20,000 nucleotides of DNA from Ionaspis alba (GCA_964255285.1 CAXUUL010000011.1:56859-76858); one strand, 5' to 3'; counted from the stretch's first letter, positions 1-11,826 are shown. The notes: generated by a model not told the origin, from the letters alone. Program-made: numbers and translations.

Positions 1-854
1 TTCGTCGCTGATCCTGCGGACTCGAATGATACGAACTTCATCCCTACTTGATGACCCAGACTTTGCGGACTGGAAGTCTTCTATCGAGTGTTTAGGATAT
101 CGGTAGCCCTTCCTATACTTCGTCTTCCTGCGGTGCTTGAGAGGTTCCCTGCTGCTACTCTCCTCACTTGACGTATGCTCTTTAATACACCGTTTGCAGA
201 TACTTGGTTTTGGAGCCTCGCCCGGCACAAATGGATGACGACTATTATAGCTCGGAGAACGATATTTTCCACAAGACGAGCAAGCGTGCCTGGAGAGCGT
301 GTCAGGATGACTCTCATCACTTTTCACCATCTTTGTCGTCAATCTTGTTTTTTCAACCTGATGTTCTGAGGCCGGTGATAGAGGATGAGACGGTCCAGCA
401 ACGGCTTGTACAGCCTCCTGGGTGAAGAATGCGGGGTGTGTCAACCGTGGGTACTCTAACTCTAGACGAGGTGGTGGAGGAGGTATGCCAGTGTGCTGCG
501 GATCTGGTGCCGACTGAACACAGACAACCCGCTCCCCAGAGTATGAACGTCGTGGAAGAAGAGGAGCTGGTGCACCGAGAGCCCTTGCGATCGCAGAGAG
601 ACCGAATCCCGATTCCAGTGGGTCTCTTCTTTTGCGTACGAATGCCGGCCTAGAGCGACCAGGCAAGACCTTGACATAGGTTTTGCCTGGTTCCATATTG
701 GCTGGCTCGGGAATGATGGCCGCAACTTTTCTATAGCTAAGATATGAATAAATGAGGACGCAGTTACAGCCGAGGGTGTCAAGTGAGCTCACCTTCTGAC
801 TAGATTCACACCTGCCTGATCGGGGCTTGTCTGAATGGGAACGAGGTCCACCAT
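1..854 (-). CDS. Partial gene (3' end outside the window): hypothetical protein with a CxxC...H...CxxC putative zinc-binding motif
   Basis: One minus frame is stop-free from at least 900 down to base 1 and is absent from the ORF track because it has no stop. It reads ...MEPGKTYVKVLPGRSRPAFVRKRR...HACSSCGKYRSPSYNSRHPFVPGEAPKPSICKRCIKEHTSSEESSS.... The start is either ATG 696 or ATG 854 via exon 793..854 (donor GTGAGC at 792, phase-compatible TAG acceptors at 737 or 731). Confidence 0.75.
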
Positions 855-1699
855 GGTACCTGCTCGTTATGTGGAAGATAACCTTTTGTGGAAAGCAGCT
901 CTTTGTGGGAGATGATCTAGGCAATTCGTTGTTTGGTCAGATTCTGAGAGTTAAAGCCTAGTTATGGGTTGCTGGTTGCTCACCTCAAGTATTCGGACCA
1001 GGCTCAGTATTTAGCATACAGCGGATCAAGGTGAGTGAAACCAAGATGTGCAGGAGCAGTAGGAATGTCGCACATCCTTCGAGCTTCAGCAGAACGACGC
1101 GACTCAATAAGTGGGTGAGCCGAGTCGTGTTGAATGTGTTGATGGCTGTGAATGTGGTGAGACGAAACGACTGCTGAGGGCTAAGTCGCACGGTGCTTGG
1201 ATACAGAATATGAGCTCATAATTTGTTCATTTCCATTCACTCAAATCTCGATTTGCTTTGTGTATTCATAATAGCTCATCAGACGCCGGTACCCTTCGCA
1301 AGGAACGAGTTGAGCAGTCATGTAGGCAGCGATTCTTTCATTCGGCAAGCGAGCTTGATCATTCACTCGAGCATATACAACACAAAGAGATGAGTTCTTC
1401 TCATGGTTATTCGACAGGTTTGTCCACCAAAACAAAATCATTTAGTCCGGTGTTTAGATCACAGTTGTTTCTTTGCCCAAAAGCCCTCAATACGGTAGGA
1501 GACAAGGTTGCGACCAAATAGAGACTCCTCATTAAAGTCGACGTTGTGGGAATCTGATTGTCGCTCGCATGACCGGCAGGAGAGCCTGGTCTTCTGTAAC
1601 GCCGACCTCCCGGCTACTTCGTCTCATTTTGATTCTCCTTGCTCAACAACGTAACTGACTCGATGACTTCTCTTACCCATCAGACACAGTGGTGCCAGC

Positions 1700-1723
1700 T
1701 AGACCATCATTATATCTCACGAC
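1700..1723 (+). repeat. 24-bp remnant matching the right end of the LTR-like element at 19417..19528
   Basis: TAGACCATCATTATATCTCACGAC (1700..1723) versus TAGATCATCATTATATCTCACGAC (19504..19527): 23/24 identical, same orientation, and the single difference is C/T. Confidence 0.8.
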
Positions 1724-1830
1724 GTGTCCTGCACGTCTCTCGTCTTATCATACAATCGTGACCAATTGCCCAGAACTCTCGCCTTTGGAGGCCGATCATT
1801 CTGACTTCTAGACCAGTTGCGACAGGATTT

Positions 1831-2505
1831 ATGCTACCTGCGTCTTACAAAGCCTCGGGCCCCACTGTCACCTGTGGAATTGGCGTTTGGACTCGTACGG
1901 TGCTCTTCTATTGTGCTGGTACACCACAAGGTGAATCGATACGTCCGTTCGACGGACTTAGCCCAGCATTCCAAATCACTGATAAGAACAAAGCGGAATT
2001 GTCAAGCTGGGGTCCGAAGGGTGAAATCTCGTTCCAGTGAGGGCGAGCCGCTTTCAGGGGGGAAATTTTGTAATAATGGACAATTCCATATATTCTAGAC
2101 TTCGAACGATTCGCCACTGTGGTTTGCTGTTTATATGGTGAGTCCAAAGAACCGTTCGAAGCTGCAATCCAAAACCTGAAGCACAAGGAACGTCACAACG
2201 CCATAGCCGAACCTAGAGAGGCTCAAAAATTGGTTCAGATATCTCGCGATGCTGCCAATGAATACGTAAATAAAATAGACGGCCACCGGAAGAAGATAAA
2301 ATAATCCCTATCCGCGAGCAAGGATCGCGTATCGGAGGACAGAGAGCCAAAAATTGCACCCTTGCTTCCAGCCTCTGAATTTTGTATCAAAGAGCCCGAA
2401 AGCAGCTGGCCATACATTACTCATTGCCGTCCAAAACAACTCGCAGTCATCCAGCATGAGATGATCCTTCTCTGCAGGAACATCCGGCCCAGATTGTGGC
2501 GCTAG
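1831..2505 (+). pseudogene. Possible decayed coding relic of unknown family
   Basis: ORFs 1831..2040 and 2119..2304 are in the same frame, which continues to about 2505. It is broken by TGA (2038), TAA-TAA (2071..2076) and TAA (2302). No motif recognised. Confidence 0.25.
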
Positions 2506-2769
2506 ATGAGAAGATACACCGAGTATAGGCCGTAAAAGTCTTGCTTGCTCACTTCTCAATCTCTGGTTTTCGATGCCTCTCCACATGACATCCGGGAAAT
2601 GCCCAGGCACTCTTCCGGTAAAGGAGCGATTTGGGGTTGCGATTCGGTTTCTGGTTAGACGACTCGCCAAGGCTGGGCTGTCCTTTTGTCCTAGAGGGAT
2701 TGATTTCTCGTACTAATACTCGTGGCCGGCGTCGTTACCTGCCCGCCCTGATCCGTGGACATGAAAGCG

Positions 2770-3660
2770 ATAAGAAGATTTGCCCAAATCACAGGAACTC
2801 GGGCTTGGCTCACTACGATCACCTATCAATAATGAGGTTCTGCTCCATAGAAGAAAAGGTTGTCTAAGGAATACACATCAGATCAAATGGCTTCAAAATG
2901 GTCATGTCATTCATCGCATAGAATAAATTATATGCGATGTATGAACAAAGAAATGACGAGCATCATAGACTGCTTAACCGTCTTTCATAAAAGCGTGTAG
3001 CTTTGTGCGGGAAATGAATTGCTTTCATTGCCTGCCTATTCAAGCTTTTCGACAATAGAGATGGTATTAAATTGTGTTGGAATGTAACACATCAAAGAAA
3101 GAACCATCAAAGCTTTGATGTTGACATGTTGATCGGCCAACGCAAAGCGAGAGAAAGTAATTGGGGCTGGGCGGGCAAGTAGCATTGCGCTACTGGGTCC
3201 ATGAGCTGCAATTGAAAGGTGCGTTCTGTTGTACTTCGGTGGCAGGTAGCCGTTTCTCCACAAGATACCCATGCTACCAATCTATTAGATAGCAATATTA
3301 CGAGCTGCACTCGGCATGAAACACACGACGCCAGCTCTTGGAATCTCGCTTTGCCCTTTCTTTCCAACAAGATCCGAGTTAGGTAGCATATGACTGTACG
3401 GATATATTAGCAAAGCCATGTGCGAATTTGTACGTCGTCGGAACACTCACCACTGTCTCTTGTACGATAAGAATATCCGACGAGATCCTAAGAGGTGTGG
3501 AAATTGTAGTGTCTCAGTCAGGGGCTGATGTATCAGTGTGTGCATCAGTCAGCACATGGCCTATCGGAGCATTTGAACGAAGAAGCCCAATGCCGCAATT
3601 AGGCTTCAGGGCGACAAGAATTGTGATGTGGTCCACCGTACCAAAGCCACCGGTCCTCTA
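2770..3660 (-). pseudogene. Possible highly degenerate protein kinase relic
   Basis: Kinase-like fragments occur in the correct order across frameshifts and stops: GGFGTVD (3651..3631), VALK (3615..3604), LMDPVAQCYL (about 3205..3176), LKP (2896..2888), QNLII (2842..2828) and CDLG (about 2793..2782). Confidence 0.3.
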
Positions 3661-5163
3661 ACTATTAAGTTAGTTGCGGCAGGACTACATCTAGTAGAGC
3701 GGTCTTCGAATGTTGTAGTCGCCTTGGTCGTTTAGCGACCTATCTGCTTCGAACAGTCGTGATCATACCATTTTGGTAGCTGGGAACACAGTTCAATCTA
3801 GTCAAACTCAGGCTTGAGGGTAGCTTTCAACAGGAATAGCTGGTCTTAGTGGTTGTACAAGGCAGCTGGTCAGCACATATCTCCTTTCAGAACCACGATC
3901 AGGACTGATATCTCGCCTCTGGACAGCAAGGTCGAGGAGCCTGCACTTGTGGATTTGTGGTCTTCCAGGTCTTTAATGTCGGACGTGGTTTGCGGACTAG
4001 CTACTTCAGATACATGGCAGTATACACTCGAAATCGAAGCTGGAGCACTCACATGCCCAGTATCAATTGGTCCAGTAGACGACTGGCTGCGACCTTAGAG
4101 CAGTAAGGCCATTAAAAATCCTGTGATCATGCTGAGCCTACTATAGGTCTGGCAAAGGCTAGCAAGGGAAAGGAAATAATAAGGCCGTGACATCGTCCTC
4201 GACGCGGGCCAATGAAATGCCAGCGTAAGACAGCAAGCCTTGAGATGTACGAGCTCCCGCTGTTCATGTTGCCTGATCGTTTTGTGCTTCACGATTCACT
4301 CGAGCCATCGAAACGCTATCATAAGGTGCCGGAGGCCCGGGCTTGTACATCCTGTTCTAGCCTGTATAGGTAAAGTCGATCTCGCTTGTTCTCTTGCCCT
4401 TCCTCCGGTCCAGAGGTCGTGGTTGTCTCCCCGTATCTTGTTGAAAATTCCATAGAGCTTGAGATACGGGCCGGCATAAAGCTTCTTCATTACTTCATTA
4501 CTTTCCTTTTGGGTTGCTACAAGTGCCCGCCGAGTGAATACCTCCCTCTTTCCCTGCTTGGCTGGTGCGTACCTAGAAGAGGGCTGATAACCCTCTACCC
4601 ACTGTGCTTTGTTCACTGTCTCGTACACACCTGTCTAGCCGCGCAGTCTGCCTTTCCAACCACACAGCTACTTGCAAATATGACCATCGGGCGATGAGCG
4701 TGTTGTACCATCAAGATCCCGACTGTCGGCGCAGCATTCTTCGATTGCAGGAGCACGTATGCAAACTCAAGATCTCATCCTCCACCATCGTTTCTCGGCC
4801 TCAATATTCTCCTTTTCCGTTAGAACGAGACTGACTAGCCATTTGTGACAGCATGAGGCGGCAATACAAGTCACTGACGTGATCGCTGAATGTCAATATC
4901 AAACACTGATTTTGTAGAGCTGTACCCCATACGCATTCTCGGTCTTCTTATTTCTAGACGACCAAGTTGGAGTGTACTCAAACGTCAAGACGCCAAATAC
5001 AAAGTGCTGTGTGCTGTACTGCCTTCCACAAAGTACACCCATCTCAGTTGTTGTATGGATCAATATCTCACCGGTTAGCCGGATGGAACATTGAGTCGCT
5101 ACAGACTTGTGGAATACCCTGCTGACCCGTACCGTACGACAAATGCATACAACAAAAAGACGC

Positions 5164-5468
5164 TCAGCAAGGATGCCCGCATTTTGGACAATGTTTACCA
5201 GGCAAAACCCAGCTCTCAACTCCTCGTCCAGCACATTTGGGACATTTGACACCAGGCATCTAGGGACACGGCTCAGTCAGCAAGCCATGCAGAACAACAA
5301 AGCCCGATCACAGACAGTCGTTAGGTTTTGATGACCTACTAGAACAAAACTTACTGGACAAGATTTAGCCATACGGATTTGATGCAACTGCACGGTCGAG
5401 AATTCTTCTCGACGAGCGTTGGCTGTTGCGAGCATCACGTCTTCTTTATGAAGTGCAGGCGGTGACAT
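5164..5468 (-). CDS. 69-aa microprotein with a C-terminal CxxC-x16-CxxC zinc-ribbon-like motif; exons 5355..5468 and 5164..5259
   Basis: ATG in CATCATG context, donor GTAAGT at 5354, branch GCTGAC, acceptor TAG at 5260 (95-nt phase-0 intron). Spliced product: MSPPALHKEDVMLATANARREEFSTVQLHQIRMAKSCP|MPGVKCPKCAGRGVESWVLPGKHCPKCGHPC*. Confidence 0.85.
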
Positions 5469-8326
5469 GATGGTGGTGGTGGTACGTATGGTGGTGTTGA
5501 TAATGACGACGCAGCTGTGCTGAGATAGGCTCGCTGACTAGAAGGACGGTCTCCTCGACCAAGAAGAAGAGTTATGTAGAGATTTGAAGGGGAAGAGTCT
5601 GTGAAATTAAGATAGGTGTTTTGGTAAGATTTACTACACAGGTTGCGAGCTGATTTTGTACTTTCCCCCAGACCACCACAAATGAATTTTCTACCGTGCT
5701 AATATGTTGCCCAGTCACATCGTAACCATGACCTTTTCGCTTACTATGCAATAAAACACCGGCTTTCTGCAGAGCATAACCGATCAGACTACTTAGCTCG
5801 GCTCTAGGTCACACATCACCATACAGCTATAACATGGAAACTCGCTATACCGGGCCTCACCCCCGGCAGACTCTAATACGGTCAAGGTCGTTTCGAGTCG
5901 CTGCACGCAACTCCTATGGCGAGCCTTGGATTCAATATTGTCTTTAGTGCGCTCATCCATCAATTTTGATGTGGACAACTTCCATGCCAAGCTAGTTTTT
6001 GGAGCAGCTAGCTAGCCAAACCAAACCTACTATGACCTGGAATCCGACAGCCCAGGACGAGTCCCTAATGCTACGATAGTCCAGTGTTGACCACTATCTT
6101 CTCACTCTCAATGACTCGTGGTTTCAGACAATCTGCAGCACATTGTGTCTATTGCAGACTATCTATCTTTCCAGTCAATCTGCTGGGTTTCCCCATCTTG
6201 ATGCCCGCAGCGGCTCAAAGCCTTTGGTCACATTGCCAAGAGTTCTTCATATCAGCAAACCACTGCCGTCCGCTTACCAAGATACAGCCGCTATACCTCC
6301 CTGTTGTGGCTCTTGTTGGTAGACGAGAGAATTCCCTGTCTCGTTCGACCTTAGACTGAACGGTGGCTTGGTTGCCCCCAACCCCTCCAAGAAACCCAGC
6401 ACACGCTTGGCCATGTCCGCGCCTGTGAGCTACTTTGATCCATTGTCCGCTGCAGATGTCTACGGCACCAGACTGTGGTGTATCAATGGTTCCTGGTGAG
6501 CTTGAGAACGGCAACATGCAGATTCTCGAGGACCATGGCCACAATGGTGGCAAGATGCAATCGTATTCGGCATAAGTGATTGCTCAGACTGCGGTGGAAT
6601 GATAAGAAACAAGGACGACTTTGTCCATGAGCCAAGTGGCTGATCGTCGGCTTCTAGAGTGAAGCCCGGGACTTGCCGGGACATACAATTGTTGGTATTT
6701 CGTATTTCATACCTCAATCGAGATTCGGGAGGAAGATACCGCGAAAGATGAGGTGCGCAACACTCACCGACCTCGCCATGGGTGGATACCCACGTCCGTG
6801 CGCTCGACCAACGAACACCATGATGCTACTCCATCGAAGGCAGCAACTTCGGCGCATAGTGTGGAGAGAAAGTACCCGACTAGAGGAAGCGTCCCCTGGT
6901 GCGTCAAGGAGTCAAGGCCCTCGAAGGACTTGGGAGTGACAGGTCAGTTTCTCGAGAACCAAGGTTTGAGACGAGATGGATAAGCGTTACCCGGAAAATT
7001 GATCCTAATGCACGTTCGAGTTTTGGCTGCCACACCCTCGGTCAAATTCCGTGGATGCGCTGCCTGAAGAAACCCTGCATGATGCATAAGGGTCACAAAC
7101 CCGTCCCTGTGTCCTTCATCATCACGCGCCTCCTCACGCGTCTTCTAACGCACAATTATAGAAGTTGTTCACATTCTCGGGTCAATCTTCACGGCTATCA
7201 ATTGACCTGCAGCTCCTGGATCAGACGCCTTCCTACGATGCATCTTCCACCATGTGATTTGCTACAAGCTGCTGTCGGTCGGGCTTTTGGCAACAGTGAA
7301 TGGCTTCTGGGAATCGGTGATGCTGCGACTCCTGTAAGTGCTTGCTTAGTCGAGCTAGATGGGTCGTGCTGGTAAAAGAATGGGCCTAGAAAACCAGACT
7401 TGCCGCCTTCCTGCCTGACCTTGACAGCGAGTTGTTCATGTTACACCAGTCCTCTCCATGTCGCGAACAATAGCATGTTGCGACAGGACATCTATGCTTA
7501 CTGGAGGAAGATCTGCTAGCGCGTGCATCACACAGGCACAGAACATACTTGAGCGACCAATCTTAGTTCTTCAAATGCCGGAACAGTTGAGACTCCGACG
7601 TTCAACGTACTTGAAGGCCACATAAGGTTCACACTGGATGGAATCGAGCAAGCACAGTGCAGAGGTCGCGCGTCGAGGATCTGGCGCTTACCAAGCATAC
7701 ACCCAGGATTTATTCGCATGGCACTAGACCGATTTTGATCGCCTGTTGCTCTACAAACAAGGCCATCTTGATACCGTGCCTCTATTGACGACAGATCCAG
7801 ATGTTGCGTAGGTTGTGGCACTAACAGGTGGCGGCGGCCTTGGGAACATGCGACTAAGCTTCCGTTATTGGCTTCTGTGCTAGGGTACAACATATCGACC
7901 TCACCAGTAAAGTTTTCCTGAATTCTATATCTTGGTCGCAAAGCCCAATAAAGGGAGATACATATGCCAGCCCAAGAGGAATAATCTATAGCCAAGTCTT
8001 CGATCAACGCCAGAAAAGTCGTTCTCGAACCACATGATGTACCCACAATGTTTCCAAACCCAGCGAATATAAGATCCGCTTCCCTGGGAAACATAGCCAA
8101 ATTTTGGCAACTTGCAGCCAACCCGAGAAACCACAGACGATCAAGCGGTGTAACCACACTCCTCGATGAAGAATGGGAACCAAAGACCTCAACGAGATGT
8201 GGTGTTACACAGATCAGGGTTCCTCTGCAGAGGGCCCAGGCTCGGTTGTGCAGGTAGACGCAGCGTCTGGAGATAGCCCAAGCTCGGCACAATGACGTGC
8301 ATGGCAACGGCATGCACACGCCAAGC

Positions 8327-10653
8327 CTAGTGTAAATGCTTAATGATCCTGACAAACAGTACTCCATTCGTGTGGCCTCCTTTAACAGCTCGAAGGTGAA
8401 TGAAACGATAGCCCTCACGCAAGCGGTCCAATCTTATGCATTCCCAAGCAGCCAAACTATCTCTGCCGAGACTTTCGTCTTTGATCTTGATTCTAATCAC
8501 ACCAAAGTAAAAGGGTCAGCAACGTTGACCGCCTCAGTGAGGACACGGATCTAGAGTGAAATGCAGCGGCCCGAACCGAGCGCCAAGCTCCCGGCATATA
8601 CATCATTTATCATACTCGAGAGAAACCCAAAGGTATTGGAAGATGCTGGAAAACATAACCTGTTCCATGATAGGTCACGTACCCCTCCTGCTCGACCACT
8701 GAATGGCGCGGCTGTAGCAGTTTACCTTCACCATCACCAAGCTTCATAAAAAAAATATGTTGTACTCACCTGACGAAAGACAATGCCTCAACGACGCCAG
8801 TGATGCCAGAGAAACACAGGCGCTGTCCGCCAAAGTCCGGCGCGATACCTTTGCTAGCCTTGGTTCGCTGCTTGTGTTCACCATCCTTGCTCTTCCCGCC
8901 GCCTTCGATTGGTGCTCCGCTTCTCTCCTCGGCTTTCTCAACATGTAATTCGCATTGCACGTACGGATGAAGTTTGTGGGGCTTCTGTTCGCCTTCGGGC
9001 AACGGGAGGTCTTGTGCGGCGAATATCTCCAAGGTCAACTCTAAGATCTGGTGCCGTGTCATCGCCTGCGACTCCTGAGATATGTCGTTGTTGGTTCCTC
9101 CGTTGCCCCGATAGTCTTCCGGCTTCAAGACCCAGCCATCTGTCGTGCCAAACATTGCTTCGTTGAGCATCATGCCTGCGTCCCACTTTTGCCAATTCAA
9201 CGCAACCATTTGAACTCCCTTCCGCCAGAAGACGGCAGGGTCAAGGTTAGATGACGAAAGCCTGGTTGCGGCAGGATAGGCACGCATCAGGTAGTTTCGA
9301 TTGTGGGAGAACAGTGTTGGCCCATCGGATTGATGGACATCCATGAGCTTCTTTTCAGACAGCGAAAAGACATGGGCCGGGACTTTCGCCTCGGGACTCG
9401 CCAGATCATGGAAATGGAAACTCTGAGTGTATATAGCCAGGTCGCTCAGTGCCTCTATGATCCTGTTTTTCTTCTTCCCTTCGATTGTTTCGGCGTTCTG
9501 GATTACATTACCTTCTTCGTCCTCGTTATCATTGTCGTCGGCATCAGACTCCGACGGGATTTTTGTGCGTTGGCCATTCCGTGTGCTAGAAGAGGATGAT
9601 TCCTCAGCCGTCTTTGATGCTGCGCGCTTGACCTTAATCAAAATCTTTCCCCGAAGGGAGCCTGGGCTGGGCAGACTTTTGCACTCAACGTCAGACATAG
9701 GCACAAGCATCTCTGCCCATGTTTCTTGCATAATCTCTACCATGATTGCTTGCTGCTCCGATCCTACATGGACTTCCAGGCTAACAATAACGGGAAGATC
9801 ACTACCACGATCGCCTGGTCAGCCAAGCTACTGACATCCACTTGAGATCTCACCTGGTGACAAACGCAGAGTCTCTGATGGCGGAGCAGACGGCCCGAAA
9901 TGAAACTTCCTTCGTCATGGTGTGTCCGTGCATAACGCGAGGCTCTGCTCGAACTAATGTCGAAAGCGATGTCCAGGGGGTTGGAAGTGTCAAAGACTGC
10001 TCCGTTGGAGGAGCATCGGAACCTGCAGATGAGGATCTTCTTCGATACTTGTCCAGTCGTGAGGAGATTGATTTAGGTAAGTGGGGTCGAAATCTATGTT
10101 TCCCTTCGTCCTCGTAAACTTCCGCCTCTTTCTCCTCCCCATCCCAGACGTCGATCTCGATGCAACGACATCCACGAAGAAGAACCTGTGGTCCAGTCAG
10201 ATGATTTGTGAGGCAGGCATGACTCCTGGCAGCCCTTACATTTCTATAAGCTTCTGCGCTCGACTCTCCATACACCTGGGTACCGGTCAGGTACGTGTTA
10301 TGAGACGAAGAAATATAATAGTTGCTCATTGGAAAAGTGTCGTCCATCACTTCGGATGGAGCAAGAGCACTGGAATCCTCGGATGACATGTACTTTAGCA
10401 GACTATGTAGATCCATAAAGTCATGTTCGACGGAGCCATCCCGGATGTTGGCATTAATGATTGAACTGTCTTTGGCGACAGCCCCGATTTGCACTGGCAG
10501 CGAAGCATCACTAGGTCTGCTATCCTCAGCAATGGCTTTGAGATAAGTCAAAATGGAAGACGACTCTGAAGTAAAACTATTCCGTGAGGTTTCAGAAGCC
10601 ACATCGGCCCTACCAGCCTCCACCTGTGAATCTGACGGCGCAGGGCGTATCAT
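8327..10653 (-). CDS. Phosphoinositide-specific phospholipase C (X box, Y box, C2-like tail; no recognisable PH domain), 647 aa; exons 10240..10653, 9854..10185, 8770..9801, 8327..8492
   Basis: X-box motifs [31 protein letters not shown] and [25 protein letters not shown]-box LMRAYP...SSNLDP...[14 protein letters not shown]2 end [38 protein letters not shown]. Three GT-AG introns (54, 52, 277 nt), each with a CTGAC branch, give a 1944-nt CDS. Confidence 0.95.
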
Positions 10654-11076
10654 GGCGAAAAGAGAATGACAATTGACACATCAAGTTCTCGAGCAAGACC
10701 GAGACAAGAGTACGTTTGACTTGTTATGAAAGGATTGTGCCAACTTGCGGCTGATCAACGTCGTGGCCCGGCACGTGCTTGCTTCCTAGGTTGAGTAGTC
10801 TACCTAGAGGCGGATCATGAAACGATCTCAGGACGGTGTAGAAGTTGGCCAGACCATGGGTGTAATCTTCTCGTCCATGTTTAAAGATGCAGCGGCTAAC
10901 TTTAGAGGCAATGGCAATTGCGACCCGACCTTCGCGAGTAGCTTGGCTACAAGCTCCGGCCAAGAACGCCCAATCTGAATACCTCGGCCTTGTGCTCAAG
11001 TCTCTGGCCTTTCACAAATCGTGCATGGTGCCCAACTAGACACTACGATCCTAGTCCACGCGTTACCTTGAACAAA

Positions 11077-11459
11077 ATGACAACCCTCAACTGTCAACAA
11101 GCTACGACGCAGGTTCGATCTTGGGGTTTTGCGAACGTCTTTACTTGGGCTGATGGGCCGTACGTCCGTCCCCCCACACTAATCGGCAACGAAGAAGGCT
11201 TTGCCCTCCTGCCTTTAAGTCTTTGGTTTGCTGACCATCAGTTTCCTGCCACAGAAACACCTATTATCCACCGCATTCTCATTCTGCCCTAACCACTCAC
11301 CTCATCCTGAAAGGATCCCTGACCATTTCCTATCCCGACGATCCAGAGCCAACCAAACAAACCTACGGTCCCGGAGCAAGAGTCGATGTACAAGCTCAGA
11401 GGAGGCATGAGGTATGGATGGGAAGTGAATCTGGCTGCGAATATATCATCGGAGAATAG
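11077..11459 (+). CDS. Small cupin-fold (RmlC-like) protein, 95 aa; exons 11077..11159 and 11255..11459
   Basis: Donor GTACGT at 11160, branch GCTGAC, acceptor CAG at 11254. Product MTTLNCQQATTQVRSWGFANVFTWADGPNTYYPPHSHSALTTHLILKGSLTISYPDD...YGPGARVDVQAQRRHEVWMGSESGCEYIIGE*, with cupin motif 1 (PPHSH...H.IL.G) and motif 2 (GPG...V.....H). Confidence 0.9.
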
Positions 11460-11826
11460 CGAGACTTGCGGCTCGCCTGCTGTGTTCCATCAAGCCTCGA
11501 TACTCTTTGCAAACATTGTTGGTATCCAAGGAATTCGGTTGGTCACCAGGCCCATGTTTCCAATTGTGAAAGCCTAGATACACGTCGCCAAGCTGTCTAG
11601 ACATAAACCCCAACATCAGCTTTATATGGTAAAGTTGTAACTACTCTCACAACGATCACACCTTCGCTGCAGTCGACAATTCGTCGCGAAGCGCAATTCG
11701 TGAACAAAAAGTATGCCCGACATCCAATCGTCGCTCTTAAGCACTGCGCGCAATCATGGTCCACACAGTCTTTGTATCACCGATCATGCTACGACCCCGA
11801 CGAGAAGACGACGAAGATAGTTAATA

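Noticed and set aside
4296..5252. Minus-strand ORFs 4296..4628 and 4899..5252 as further exons of the microprotein gene
   Set aside because: The spliced frame stops at 5164. These ORFs have non-ATG starts and no recognisable motif.
6084..7375. Overlapping 76-158 aa ORFs
   Set aside because: No motif or consistent exon structure. They may be a relic, but this is unsupported.
7528..8711. Inclusion of the 29-nt cassette exon fusing PLC to the 296-aa downstream ORF
   Set aside because: The frame matches, but a TAA near 8434 ends translation before that ORF begins.
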